Assembly: GCA_963826075.1 (NCBI GenBank)
Contig: CAWGVQ010000015.1
Coordinates: forward strand, 42,211 to 106,210
DNA from: an uncultured Chloroflexia bacterium
GTDB taxonomy: Bacteria; Chloroflexota; Ktedonobacteria; Ktedonobacterales; JADMIN01
Direction of reading: 5' to 3'
DNA: 64,000 bases
This document shows, piece after piece, positions 40,687-50,659 of this stretch. The notes below the pieces were generated by a model. It was not told the origin of the DNA and made no database searches. It saw only the letters and a program-made list of their open reading frames with translations. The position numbers and the translations under genes were made by a program. Within the stretch, counting starts at the first letter, position 1; each line of letters opens with the position of its first letter.

Positions 40687-41313
40687 TCACTTCGGCAGTT
40701 CTGTCCCGGCCTGCTCCGCCACCATGTACGCGGCGTACCAATCGGGCCAGTTCGGATCGGCCGCTCCTAGGCGCTTCTCGTGCTCGCCGTGCGCGGCGGA
40801 GGCACGCCGCATTGCGCTCGCCAGGTCGCTGGCGGAGCCGAACGTAGTCGCGCCAGGATCGACCCGCCCGGCAAGCCTGGTCGTGACTTCCTGCAATACC
40901 CAGACATTGCCGTCTGGATCCCGAAACGTGGCCCGCGAGCGGTAGCTACCGTGCTCGGGATCCGGACCGCTGGCCCGGCCGGTTGGCGTGAGGTGATAGA
41001 CCTCGCTCACCTTGATGCCGGCAGCGGCCAGTTTGTCCAGGGCGGCCTGGATGTCGGAGACAATCAGGTACCCCTTCGCAGAACCGGGCACCGCCGACGT
41101 CAGGTCCAGGCCGAATTGGACCGAGCAGCTAGAGCCATGCGGCGTGAGCTGGACCACGCTGGATGGCGTGACGTCCAGCCTCCACCCGAGGCGCCTGTAG
41201 AACTCCTTTGCGCGGTCGACATCCGAGACAGGAATAACGAGAACCTCGAGTTTCATGTCGAGGTTCTCGACCTTCGCGCTCACGTCGTTACTGCCGGCAT
41301 TTATCGTGCTCAT
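40687..41313 (-). CDS. VOC/glyoxalase family protein
   Basis: KLEVLVIPVSDVDRAKEFY, ATFRDPDGNVWVLQE; GGAGG RBS. Confidence 0.9.
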   Translation of the reverse strand: MSTINAGSNDVSAKVENLDMKLEVLVIPVSDVDRAKEFYRRLGWRLDVTPSSVVQLTPHGSSCSVQFGLDLTSAVPGSAKGYLIVSDIQAALDKLAAAGIKVSEVYHLTPTGRASGPDPEHGSYRSRATFRDPDGNVWVLQEVTTRLAGRVDPGATTFGSASDLASAMRRASAAHGEHEKRLGAADPNWPDWYAAYMVAEQAGTELPK

Positions 41314-41397
41314 AGCGAACCTCCCCGAGATGTGTCAAAGTTGGTGATGTCTCGGCCATCAGCGTCGATTTGCGTTGATTGGTTGAACGGCGAGCAG

Positions 41398-41706
41398 TCA
41401 CAGCGTGCCCTTGTGCATGTTTCCAGCCGGGTGCGGTAGGAGCACCTGAACATCGAGAGGGACGCTGAGCCTGCCCTTCAAAGCGGAGAGCAGATCAGCG
41501 AGAGCCGCTCCCTTGGCGTGCTCCGATCGCGCACCCTCCGACTCGTACTTCTCGATCATCACCAGTCGGTCGCGTCCCTCATGCAGCGCGTAGAGTTCAA
41601 CGCCCGGTTCGCCGTGAACTCGGTGGATCGCCGCCTCGAAAGCTGCGACCACCTCCGCGCGGTGCTCGGGGATAGGAATGGCCGTGGCCACGACGACAAC
41701 GCTCAT
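41398..41706 (-). CDS. Antibiotic biosynthesis monooxygenase (ABM) family protein
   Basis: VHGEPGVELYALHE...VMIEKYES; 102 aa. Confidence 0.85.
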   Translation of the reverse strand: MSVVVVATAIPIPEHRAEVVAAFEAAIHRVHGEPGVELYALHEGRDRLVMIEKYESEGARSEHAKGAALADLLSALKGRLSVPLDVQVLLPHPAGNMHKGTL

Positions 41707-41729
41707 GTCAAATGCTCTCCTTCCCATTG

Positions 41730-42030
41730 CTACTTATTCAAACTTTCGTTGGCCCCAGGCATCAGATGCAGCACGATTCCTGGCGACCCAGCGCCGGAGT
41801 TGTTCACCAACATCGGGACGTCCTGACACGACTTAGCCGCGGCGGCGATATCGCTCGCCTTGGTGATGTTGAGGTGAAGCGGCTGCAATCGAGAATCGCC
41901 ACTCCCGAAGGGGGAGCGAGTTCTTACATAGACCTTCCGCGCTCCCGCATTCAGCAGAGTGCTGACGAATGCCTTGCTAATCCCAGGATTCCCACCCGTC
42001 ACCAGCGCAACAGATCCATTCGATGTTCAC
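41730..42030 (-). pseudogene. SDR N-terminal fragment, degenerate
   Basis: GSVALVTGGNPGISKAFV...GARKVY...LVNNSG; frameshift near the start and truncated. Confidence 0.7.
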
Positions 42031-42273
42031 ACGTTGCAACCGTTCTCAGCTGTTGGAGGTCCATGCAGATCCTGTGGTGTGCCTACGAACCTACCGCGGC
42101 GCACCTCGTTTTGCCTGCCGACGACGTCTGGATGATCCGCCAGGACTGCATAACTCATACCGCTGACAGGGACTGCAGAGATTGACAGAAGGGCATAGGC
42201 TTGTATGAGAGGCCGGCCCAAGGTCAGCTGCTCGATGATTTTGAGCTTCTCACGGGAGTTTCCGTTACGTTTC

Positions 42274-42681
42274 TCATGACTTCGCGCAGTTGAGGATCCA
42301 CGAGATGCCGAACGAGTCGTCGCACATGCCGAACCGTCCCGAGGGCATGTCGCTTGGCGGGGTAATGACCTTGCCGTCTTGCGAGAGCGCCGTGAACAAC
42401 TTCTCCAGCTCGCCGTTTGAGCTGCAATCGATGAACACGGAAAAGTTGTTGTCCTGCATTGACTGGTCCGAAGCCGATGGAGAGTCCGACGCCATGAGCA
42501 ACGCCTGGCCGCCTTGGGCAATCTGGCTGTGCATCAGGCGCGCATTTGGATCCGTGTTCGGTTGGCCGGATGCATCGGGATACGCCATGACTTCGAGCTC
42601 GCCGCCGAAACAGTCGCGGTAGAAGGACATGGCGGTGCGGCAGTTGCCATTGAAGTGCAGGTACGTGGTTGTGCTTTTCAT
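42274..42681 (-). CDS. VOC family protein (PhnB-like)
   Basis: YLHFNGNCRTAMSFY, LMASD, FGMCDDSFGISW; AGGAG RBS. Confidence 0.9.
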   Translation of the reverse strand: MKSTTTYLHFNGNCRTAMSFYRDCFGGELEVMAYPDASGQPNTDPNARLMHSQIAQGGQALLMASDSPSASDQSMQDNNFSVFIDCSSNGELEKLFTALSQDGKVITPPSDMPSGRFGMCDDSFGISWILNCAKS

Positions 42682-42733
42682 GGTGTGCTCCTGGGTGTTG
42701 GTTGATGCTTGGTCATTTGATTGATCGGTGGGG

Positions 42734-43219
42734 TCAAGCGGGCGCGCTCTGTTCAGCAAGCAGTTCGTCGAGTTGGGGCATCGCTGCGCGCAGCCCTTCT
42801 TCCATGCCCGGTATCGTTTGCTCCATGGCTTCAACACTTTCAAACCACGTGACGATGGTAATGCGCGAGCCCGTCGGTGTGGCCTCAAAGGCGAACTTCA
42901 TCGACGCCGGCATGTTCTCGTCCTCGGCGTTGTCTTCGCCATCGCGCGCTTCGAATGAACTGATTGGATTCACTGCAGTGAACTTCCAGGAGCCGCTCCA
43001 CTTTCCGCCACCCGGCAGGCTCAGGAAGTACTCGGAGCGACCGCCAACTTTGAAATCATGGCGCGTGAAGGTGGAGGGCGCGAAGGGCGGCCCCCAAAAG
43101 CGTTCGAGCTGGCGTGGGTCGGCAAAGGCGTCCCAGAGGCGTTGTTGCGCAACGGGATAGTCCCCCACAACGGTGAGGGTGAGCATTGCGGCGTCTTTGG
43201 TGACAGAGGTCAGTGGCAT
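42734..43219 (-). CDS. SRPBCC (AHSA1-like) domain protein
   Basis: RLWDAFADPRQLERFWGPP, DFKVGG, GMEEG. Confidence 0.88.
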   Translation of the reverse strand: MPLTSVTKDAAMLTLTVVGDYPVAQQRLWDAFADPRQLERFWGPPFAPSTFTRHDFKVGGRSEYFLSLPGGGKWSGSWKFTAVNPISSFEARDGEDNAEDENMPASMKFAFEATPTGSRITIVTWFESVEAMEQTIPGMEEGLRAAMPQLDELLAEQSAPA

Positions 43220-43230
43220 CGTCAGTTTCC

Positions 43231-43572
43231 TTAGTGTCCTTCCGGTAGAAGAACATCGTCGAGTTGCGCCAAGCGCTGGCGCCAAATGGATTCAAAGTAA
43301 TCAAGGAGCTCGCTAGCGCGCTGCAGCCGCGCGTGGTTGGTGGAGACCAGTTGCTCGCGACCGTTTGCACGCTTTTGAATGAGGCCCGCGCGCTCGAGCA
43401 CGGCGACGTGCTTTTGCACAGCGGCGAAGCTCATCTCGTACCGCGCAGCAAGATCGGACACCGACGGCGTTTCCGTCAGCGACCGCGCCAGGATGTCACG
43501 GCGCGTGCCATCCGCCAAAGCACGGAAAAGTTGGTTGAGCGACTCGTCGCTCTCGTTTTCAAATACAACCAT
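43231..43572 (-). CDS. ArsR/SmtB family regulator
   Basis: LFRALADGTRRDIL, SFAAVQKHVAVLERAGL; the usual ArsR-SRPBCC pairing. Confidence 0.92.
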   Translation of the reverse strand: MVVFENESDESLNQLFRALADGTRRDILARSLTETPSVSDLAARYEMSFAAVQKHVAVLERAGLIQKRANGREQLVSTNHARLQRASELLDYFESIWRQRLAQLDDVLLPEGH

Positions 43573-43610
43573 ATGGTTGTATATTAGTCCCGCCCGATCA
43601 ATTTGTCAAC
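43563..43610 (-). promoter_or_regulatory. ArsR operon promoter with a perfect 20-bp operator palindrome
   Basis: TTGACA-17-TAATAT on the - strand; ATACAACCATATGGTTGTAT (43563-43582) overlaps the start codon. Confidence 0.8.
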
Positions 43611-43612
43611 TC

Positions 43613-43639
43613 GTTTTCGACTGGAGTTTTCGACTGGAG
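43613..43639. repeat. 13-bp tandem duplication GTTTTCGACTGGA x2
   Basis: Read directly. Confidence 0.85.
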
Positions 43640-43755
43640 CGTACTTTGCCCAACAAAAAACTACACTCTAATCCTACATTTGTTGGGTGCAGCGGGTGAT
43701 CGGTGTTCATGAGTGCACAGAGATCCGCCAGGCCCCCGGTGAGGTGGAGCAGGGG

Positions 43756-44058
43756 TTAGAGACGGAGCCAGGGCAGCAGGAGGCAGGCGCAGACAAACGG
43801 TTGCAAGAGCAGCCGGAGGTTATTGAGGCGGTGTGTCCAGCTGGCATCGTCGGTCCAGGCGGGATGCTGAGGGGACGCGACCGGCGAGGACATCGGCACA
43901 TCCGGTGCAGGCATGGCCAAGGCCGGTGCTTGCAAGCTCACGAGCAGATAGGCGCACATGACCAGTTCCCACCAGCGCTCGATACTGGCGGCATCCGTGA
44001 CCCGATAATCGGCCCAGCCCATTTCATCTTTGGTTTGTTTGAAACCATATTCGATGGT
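43756..44058 (-). pseudogene. IS701-family transposase C-terminal fragment
   Basis: IEYGFKQTKDEMGWADYRVTD...IERWWELVMCAY. Confidence 0.8.
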
Positions 44059-44060
44059 CT

Positions 44061-44089
44061 GGTTACAAATGACAAATTATGCTTGAGCC
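44061..44089 (-). mobile_element. Possible isolated IS end (ISL3-like)
   Basis: AT-rich GGCTCAAGCATAATTTGTCATTTGTAACC abuts the IS701 truncation; family assignment is tentative. Confidence 0.3.
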
Positions 44090-44157
44090 GCCGCGCTCAG
44101 CTGCATCACGGGCGAGTTTGGCCATGGCAGTGGAGACAACGGCTGTAGCAGGCAGCC

Positions 44158-45198
44158 TCATCGTGGTTGCGGCCACACCTGCGCGACCGATGTTGCCAGC
44201 CATTTCACCAGCGCCGCATTCACCTCAGCTGGCTTCTCTTGCGCCATCCAATGACCGGCGAGAATCGTCTCCTCGGTAAGCTGGCGACAATAGGTCCGCA
44301 TCGGCTCAGCCAACCGCGAATGCGTGGTCTCGCACACGTAGTCATAGCGCGCGCCCAGAAACAACACAGGCATCTCGAGGTACCCGCCATTCTGGGCCGT
44401 CAGGGCATACTCCGCGTTGGCCGCATCGTTCAGATACCAGCAGGCTGGCGCATAAAATCCGTTGCGGTCCAGGGCGGAGACATAGCGGCTTACGTCTTCC
44501 TCGGTCAGAACGTCAGTGTCCAGGGGCACGTCGGGCACCGGATTCGTCGGCCAGCCAAAGAGGCTGCGATTTCGCCGGGCGACCCCTGCCGGCGACGGCT
44601 TGCCCTCTCCGGCCGGATTTCCTTTGCGCATCAGCAGCTTCAGCGATTGGGCGACGTAGGCGTCGAACGGCGCGATCGCCTCCGCCACGTTCTCCTGGTA
44701 GTACAGCATGTAGTCCCATTGACCGGCAGGGTACTCACCTTCGGGGTACACCGCGCGATCGACGAGGGCCAGCAGCTGATCCAGTCCACGCTCAAGGTTG
44801 TAGTACGGCACACACAGACTGGCCACGGCCTGACAGCGGTCGGGATGATGACTGGCCAGGTTCCACACCACTGGGCTCCCCCAGTCATGACCAACCCAGA
44901 CGGCCCGCTCGCCCCCCAGAGCGTCCAGCAGCTCGAGCATGTCCCGCACGACGAGCTGCTGGGCATAATCAGAGGGCTGAAAGTAAACGGAGGACCGCCC
45001 ATAGCCACGCATGTCGGGCGCAATGGTCCGAAACCCCAGCGCCGCGAGGGCTGGCAGTTGATGCCGCCAGCTGATGGCTAACTCCGGCCAGCCATGGACA
45101 AAGATGACGAGCGGGCCGTCTTCCGGACCTGCGGCCAGATAGAAGGTCGTATGTCTCTCGGTCTTGACGGTGTGTTCAGTAACAGGTATATCAGACAT
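44158..45198 (-). CDS. Alpha/beta hydrolase (soluble epoxide hydrolase-like)
   Basis: FVHGWPE, APDMRGYG, VGHDWGS, AGHWMAQEKP; AAGGAG RBS. Confidence 0.92.
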   Translation of the reverse strand: MSDIPVTEHTVKTERHTTFYLAAGPEDGPLVIFVHGWPELAISWRHQLPALAALGFRTIAPDMRGYGRSSVYFQPSDYAQQLVVRDMLELLDALGGERAVWVGHDWGSPVVWNLASHHPDRCQAVASLCVPYYNLERGLDQLLALVDRAVYPEGEYPAGQWDYMLYYQENVAEAIAPFDAYVAQSLKLLMRKGNPAGEGKPSPAGVARRNRSLFGWPTNPVPDVPLDTDVLTEEDVSRYVSALDRNGFYAPACWYLNDAANAEYALTAQNGGYLEMPVLFLGARYDYVCETTHSRLAEPMRTYCRQLTEETILAGHWMAQEKPAEVNAALVKWLATSVAQVWPQPR

Positions 45199-45384
45199 GT
45201 CCAATCTCCTTTCGCCGCTCAAGCAGGGGCCTTGTCTCTCCGTTCTTAATATACTCGTATCAAAGATATGCTCGTGTCAAAGGCGTCGCACCGACGTGCT
45301 CTGCCACCGTCCTTTTTGTTTGGTACTCTGGATCAGGGCGGCCAGCACGAAGCGCTTGCTCTACGTGGGCGTCACCCGGACTCG

Positions 45385-45495
45385 CTATCCGCCCAAGGCG
45401 CTACGCTCGAACATCCACCCCGGATACTCCTGTGGCAACGCGCTCACCCGCTCAAGCCGCTCCAACTCTTCGGCGGACAGCGATCGTAGAGACTG
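45385..45495 (-). pseudogene. Aldo/keto reductase-like C-terminal stub
   Basis: LSAEELERLERVSALPQEYPGWMFER resembles AKR C-termini. Confidence 0.5.
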
Positions 45496-45517
45496 GCGAG
45501 ATGTCCTGCCCCGGGCC

Positions 45518-46357
45518 TTACGACCATACCGCTCGGACTCGGCCTGCCACCTCGGCCGCCTGCGCGTGGCCTGCCTGGGCCGCGGGTGCGCGGCGCGCGG
45601 GATTAAGGACGTTGGGGCCAATAGCCGCACGGGACGCCGCATCGGGGCTCACGATGACAGAGCGCACATCCTTGCCTAGAGCGGCCACCTGAGCGGCAGG
45701 TCGGCTTGCGCGTCGAAATGCGGTCGTCGTGGGAGCGAGAACCACGACCCGGCCGTACCCCTTCACCAGGTCAATGTTGGCGACTGAGCGCATGCCACCA
45801 TCGATATGGCGCTGGCCATTGATGGTCACCGGCGGCCACACCAACGGCACCGCGCAACTCGCCGCGACGGCGTCAATCAGTGACACACCGCTGGTGTGGT
45901 CGAACACGACGGCGGCTCCCGTCTCCGCGTTCACTGACGTAATGAGCAGCCGCTGCTGCGGCCAGTCGTTTGTGGGCAATCTGCGCGCTATCACGGCGCG
46001 TCGCTCGGCCTCGGGAACCGTCTTGGCCCGCAGCGCAGCGTGTCCGAGCCGTGCGCGCGCTCGCTGCGGATCACCAGGCCACGCCATAGCGACCATGAAT
46101 CGGACCAGCACGGCGCCGCTCATGCGCGCGGCGATCTCGCCGGACTCCGCAGCCAACTGGGCGGCGTAGAGTTGTTCGAGCGGGACGCCGCTCGTCAATT
46201 GTGCGGCAACGACGGACCCGGCGGATGTTCCGACAAAGACATCAGCCATTGAAAGGTCGAGGCCAGCCTCAGCGAGACCCAGCAGCAACCCTGTCTCCCA
46301 AGCGACACCCGTGACCCCGCCACCGCCGAGCACCAAAGCCCTTTCACCACCTGACAT
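45518..46357 (-). CDS. Patatin-like phospholipase
   Basis: LVLGGGG, GTSAG, AASCAVP, IDGG. Confidence 0.92.
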   Translation of the reverse strand: MSGGERALVLGGGGVTGVAWETGLLLGLAEAGLDLSMADVFVGTSAGSVVAAQLTSGVPLEQLYAAQLAAESGEIAARMSGAVLVRFMVAMAWPGDPQRARARLGHAALRAKTVPEAERRAVIARRLPTNDWPQQRLLITSVNAETGAAVVFDHTSGVSLIDAVAASCAVPLVWPPVTINGQRHIDGGMRSVANIDLVKGYGRVVVLAPTTTAFRRASRPAAQVAALGKDVRSVIVSPDAASRAAIGPNVLNPARRAPAAQAGHAQAAEVAGRVRAVWS

Positions 46358-46661
46358 TGCTGGTGTCACGCTGCACCTTCTTCCGCCGCTTGCTCGTGCT
46401 GCCTTGATGCAGACAATCAGCACGAAAATACTGTTGGAGTCGCGCAGTCCATTGCGTTCACCAACGCGCAGCACCATCGCCTGTGCTTGACAGGGATGAT
46501 AGCATATTTGGTCGTCTGGAGCTAGCCCACTGCGGCAACTTCGTGGGGTCTGTAACGCGCTCTTTGAGGCCCTCGAACGCGAGAAAGATGCCCGAGCGAC
46601 GCCGAAAGAGCTTGAGGGCAGCGTCGTGGCGCCTATTGGTGCACCCTCGGGATGGCTCACG

Positions 46662-47129
46662 CTACATCCCATCCTCACCTAGGCGCCCTAACACAGCTTC
46701 CGCGATGGCGCCCAGGGCATCGAGTTGATCGGGGGTCAGGGCGTCCATGAGCGAACGGTGCACCGTTTGTTCGCAGACGCGGCGCGCTTCTTCCGCCAGC
46801 GCGCGCCCTTTCTCGGTGATCCGCACCACCGCTCCACGACTATCCTCCGCGCACTCCTCACGCGTGATGAGGCCGCGCGCCGCCATGCGACTGAGTTGAT
46901 GCGAGAGGCGACTCTTCTCCCACTCCAGCCCACAGCGCAACGCCATCGCCCGCACCGTCTCATTTGGCCAGGCCATAAGCGCCATCAAAATATCATAATC
47001 GGCTTCCGAGAGGCCCGCCGTTCGGGCCAACTCGCGCTGGATGCGTCCCGTTAGTCGCACACGCATCCGCTGGTAGCTGGCCCAGACCTCGGCCTCGCGC
47101 ACCGTCAGTTCTTCTGCTCTCATGCCCAT
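46662..47129 (-). CDS. MarR family regulator
   Basis: GLSEADYDIL, WEKSRLSHQLSRM, DSRG...ITEKG; divergent from the LLM operon. Confidence 0.9.
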   Translation of the reverse strand: MGMRAEELTVREAEVWASYQRMRVRLTGRIQRELARTAGLSEADYDILMALMAWPNETVRAMALRCGLEWEKSRLSHQLSRMAARGLITREECAEDSRGAVVRITEKGRALAEEARRVCEQTVHRSLMDALTPDQLDALGAIAEAVLGRLGEDGM

Positions 47130-47145
47130 ATCATACGCACAAAAG

Positions 47146-47191
47146 GTTGACACGTCAACAAATCGCACGCTATAGTAGTTGATGTATCAAC
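47146..47191 (+). promoter_or_regulatory. Promoter with two palindromic operators (probably MarR sites)
   Basis: GTTGACACGTCAAC (47146-47159) and GTTGATGTATCAAC (47178-47191) overlap or flank TTGACA...TATAGT. Confidence 0.8.
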
Positions 47192-47208
47192 CAAAGGAGT
47201 CAGCAACC

Positions 47209-49533
47209 ATGAACTATGGTCATTCACTGATATTCGGCTCATTCATCACCGCGCCCGCTGACAATCCCGAAACCGCTGTCGCCCTGGCGCAGCGCAGCGA
47301 GGCAGTCGGCCTGGATCTCGTTACTCTCCGCGACCATCCCGAACAGCCAGACCAGCTCGACGCTTGGACGGTACTAGCCTGGATCGCCGGGCAGACCGTA
47401 CACGTCCAACTCGCCGCCAACGTCCTGAACCTGCCGCTGCGTGACCCCGCCGTGCTGGCGCGCGCCGCCGTAAGCCTTGATCTGCTCAGCGGCGGACGGC
47501 TGGCGTTGGGACTAGGTGCAGGTCAGGCCCAACTCTGGGACGACTGGGCTGCGCTGGGCGTGAAGAAACTGACGCCTGGCCAATCCATCGCGGCCCTCAG
47601 CGAGGGGATCGACATTATTCGCGGCCTGTGGGATACCACCGAACGCCAGCCGTTTCGCTACGATGGCGTCTACTATCATCCGAGCGGCGCGCAACGCGGC
47701 CCGACTCCGGTGCACGACATTCCCATCTGGCTGGGCGCGGGCAAGCCTCGCGCGCTGCGGCTACTCGGCGCCAAAGCCGATGGCTGGTTCTCCTCACCGC
47801 AGTTGATGGGCGTTGACGCCTACCTCGCGAGCCTGGCGACGATTGACGAGGCAGCACGCGAGGCGGGCCGCGACCCGCGCGAGATTCGCCGCCTCATCAA
47901 CATTTTGGGCCGCTTCAGCGACGAGCGCGACGGCTTCCTGACCGGTTCGAGCGCGCAGTGGGTCGAAGATTTGCTGCCATACGTCATTGCGCATGGTGTC
48001 AGCGGCTTCATCCTCGTCTCCAGCGATGCCAACCAGATCGCGCGCTTCGGAGAGGAGGTCGCCCCGGCGCTGCGCGAGCACATGCTGCGCGAGGCGCCAG
48101 AGGCCATCGCAGGCGCCAGAATCCGCCGCGCTTCGGCCCTGGCCAAGCGGCGGAACGGCATCGCCTACGACGACCTTCCCGGTTCGCTGGCCGAGTGCGC
48201 CATCGAGCCGGGCGACCCCGCCTACGCGAACGTCCGCTCCACCTACATGCGCGGCGGCGCGCCAGGTCTCGTGCTGATGGTCCGCAACGCCCAGGAAGTC
48301 GCTGAGGCGCTGAAGTTCGCGCGGCGTCACCCCCTCCTGCCCTTCGGCGTGCGCAGCGGTGGGCATGGCCTCAGTGGCCGCTCGACCAACGATGGCGGCA
48401 TCATCATCAACCTTTCGCAAATGAACAGCATCGAGGTCATTGACAAGGCGACGCGACGTATCCGTGTCGGGCCAGGCGCGCGCTGGATGACCGTCGCCGA
48501 GAAGCTGGCGCCCTATGGCTGGGCGCTGAGTTCCGGCGATTACGGTGGCGTCGGCGTCGGCGGGTTGGCCACAGCGGGCGGCGTCGGCTTCCTCGCCCGC
48601 GAGCAAGGACTGACCATTGACCATTTGCGCGCCGTCGAGATGGTTCTCGCCGATGGCTCGATTGTCCGAGCCAGCGAGACCGAAAATCCCGGTCTCTTCT
48701 GGGCCGTGCGCGGCGCTGGGGCCAACTTCGGCATCGTAACCTCGTTCGAGTTCGAGGTCGGCGAAGTCGGCAATGTCGGCTGGGCTCAACTGGTTCTGGA
48801 CGCCAGCGATCCGGCGGATGTGCTGGAGCAGTGGGGCCGCGTCGTCGAGAACTCGCCGCGCGACCTGACGACCTTCATCATCATCTCTCCGCCGCGTCGG
48901 GGATTGCCGCTGCTGGCGCAGGTCTACGGCATCGTTGATTCCGACCAGGAGGAAACGATCATCGCGCGATTGCAGCCCATCGCTGACATCGCGCCGCTGT
49001 ATGACCAGCGCATCATCATCACGACCTACGCTACCGTCATGGCCAACGCCTCAGAAGAAGCGGTCTACGATACCCAGGGCGAACCCGCTGCGCGCTCCGC
49101 TTTGGTCAAACATATCACGCCGGAGTTCGCCGCCGACGCCGCGCGCCTCGTTCTCAACGGGACCTCGTATTTCTTCCAGATTCGTGCAGTTGGCGGTGCC
49201 GTTTCCGATGTCGCGCCCGACGCCACGGCTTACGCCGGGCGCTCGGCCAACTTCTCGGTGGTCGCGTTCGGCTCCAGCCGCGAGCGGCTCTTTAGCGCCT
49301 GGGATAAGATGGCGCCGCACTTCAACGGGCTGTATCTTAGCTTCGATTCCGACACGCGCCCCGAACGCATCAACGACGCCTTCCCACCTGCAACGCTGGC
49401 GCGTCTGCGCGAACTCAAGGCGCGCTATGATCCCGACAACGTCTTCCGCGACAACTTCAACATCACGCCGCTCAGGGCCAACGAGGTCGCGGCCATGAAT
49501 GGCCAGCGAGCCGACAAAGGAGACCATGAATGA
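47209..49533 (+). CDS. LLM-class monooxygenase domain fused to an FAD-linked oxidase (BBE-like) domain
   Basis: DHP..., LDLLSGGRLALGLGAG; then VRSGGHG, VGVGGLATAGG, LFWAVRGAGANFGIVT, LKARYDPDNVF. Confidence 0.9.
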   Translation: MNYGHSLIFGSFITAPADNPETAVALAQRSEAVGLDLVTLRDHPEQPDQLDAWTVLAWIAGQTVHVQLAANVLNLPLRDPAVLARAAVSLDLLSGGRLALGLGAGQAQLWDDWAALGVKKLTPGQSIAALSEGIDIIRGLWDTTERQPFRYDGVYYHPSGAQRGPTPVHDIPIWLGAGKPRALRLLGAKADGWFSSPQLMGVDAYLASLATIDEAAREAGRDPREIRRLINILGRFSDERDGFLTGSSAQWVEDLLPYVIAHGVSGFILVSSDANQIARFGEEVAPALREHMLREAPEAIAGARIRRASALAKRRNGIAYDDLPGSLAECAIEPGDPAYANVRSTYMRGGAPGLVLMVRNAQEVAEALKFARRHPLLPFGVRSGGHGLSGRSTNDGGIIINLSQMNSIEVIDKATRRIRVGPGARWMTVAEKLAPYGWALSSGDYGGVGVGGLATAGGVGFLAREQGLTIDHLRAVEMVLADGSIVRASETENPGLFWAVRGAGANFGIVTSFEFEVGEVGNVGWAQLVLDASDPADVLEQWGRVVENSPRDLTTFIIISPPRRGLPLLAQVYGIVDSDQEETIIARLQPIADIAPLYDQRIIITTYATVMANASEEAVYDTQGEPAARSALVKHITPEFAADAARLVLNGTSYFFQIRAVGGAVSDVAPDATAYAGRSANFSVVAFGSSRERLFSAWDKMAPHFNGLYLSFDSDTRPERINDAFPPATLARLRELKARYDPDNVFRDNFNITPLRANEVAAMNGQRADKGDHE

Positions 49534-50429
49534 CCGATTACGGACACGATCTGCAATTCGGCGTCTTTGTCACGCCGACGGCGACCCCGGCGCAGCAGGC
49601 GGTGGACATGGCGGTGGTGGCGGAGAACGCAGGCTTCGACCTGGCGAGCTTCCAGGATCATCCCTACCAGCCACGCTTCCTCGATACCTGGACACTGATC
49701 GCCTACGCCGCCGCGCGCACCAAGCGCATTCACCTCGGCGGCAACGTCATCAACCTGCCGCTTCGCCAGCCTGCCGTGCTGGCCAAGTCTGCCGCCAGCC
49801 TCGACCGGCTCAGCGGTGGCCGCGTGGAGATGGGCCTCGGCGCGGGCGGCTTTTGGGACGCGATTGAGTCTATGGGCGGGCGCCGACTGACCGCTGGCGA
49901 ATCCATTGATGCGCTGGAGGAGGCGATGACGATCATGCGCCAACTCTGGGATACGAGCGAGCGCGGCGGTGTCTTCGTCAACGGCCGGTATTATCAGGTC
50001 AATGGTGCCAAACGCGGCCCAGCCCCGGCGCACGACATCCCCATCTGGGTGGGCGCTTACAAGCCCAAAATCCTGCGGCTCGTCGGGCGCGCGGCAGACG
50101 GCGTGGTCCCCTCGCTGCCCTACCTGCAAGGTGGCCTCTCTGACCTGAACGACATCAACAAGTATATTGATGAAGGCGCCGAGCAGGTCGGGCGTCCAGT
50201 TACGGCTATTCGCCGCATGCTCAACATCGGCGGCCAGTTCACCCGCAACGGGACCTCGCTGCTCAACGGCCCGCCTGCGCAATGGGCCGAGGACCTGGCG
50301 GGCATCGCCCTGGAATACGGCGTCTCGACCTTCATCTGCATGGGTGACGACGCCGCGACCATCGAGTTATTCGCCAACGAGGTCATCCCCGCTACGAAGG
50401 CGCTGGTCGCCGAGGAAAGGACGAAGTAA
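49530..50429 (+). CDS. LLM-class flavin-dependent oxidoreductase
   Basis: FQDHPYQP, SLDRLSGGRVEMGLGAG, IPIWVGA; ATGA overlap with the upstream gene. Confidence 0.92.
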   Translation: MTDYGHDLQFGVFVTPTATPAQQAVDMAVVAENAGFDLASFQDHPYQPRFLDTWTLIAYAAARTKRIHLGGNVINLPLRQPAVLAKSAASLDRLSGGRVEMGLGAGGFWDAIESMGGRRLTAGESIDALEEAMTIMRQLWDTSERGGVFVNGRYYQVNGAKRGPAPAHDIPIWVGAYKPKILRLVGRAADGVVPSLPYLQGGLSDLNDINKYIDEGAEQVGRPVTAIRRMLNIGGQFTRNGTSLLNGPPAQWAEDLAGIALEYGVSTFICMGDDAATIELFANEVIPATKALVAEERTK

Positions 50430-50436
50430 GTGATAG

Positions 50437-50487
50437 TCGTGCCCAACCTCCTCTTTTTATGAGTAGGTTGCGAAAGTAGTCAGCACA
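50437..50487. repeat. Right half of the 95-bp element (copy C)
   Basis: TCGTGCCCAACCTCCTCTTTTTATGAGTAGGTTGCGAAAGTAGTCAGCACA, 7 bp after the LLM stop. Confidence 0.9.
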
Positions 50488-50659
50488 ACCATGTTCAAGT
50501 CATCAGTCATCTGGTGATCCTCCTCTCAGGCTCCGAAGCAACTAACCGATGAGAATCACCTGGTGGCCGATCTTGTCAACTGGCCACTTACTCCTACATA
50601 CATACGTGCGTGGACACTATCCTCGGCTACAACATCCCATCTTCATGGCCATAGCCTCT

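Noticed and set aside
47794-48789. Long antisense and alternative-frame ORFs (also 37772-38707, 44167-45081, 49425-50282)
   Set aside because: Shadows of well-supported genes in GC-rich DNA, with no recognisable motifs.
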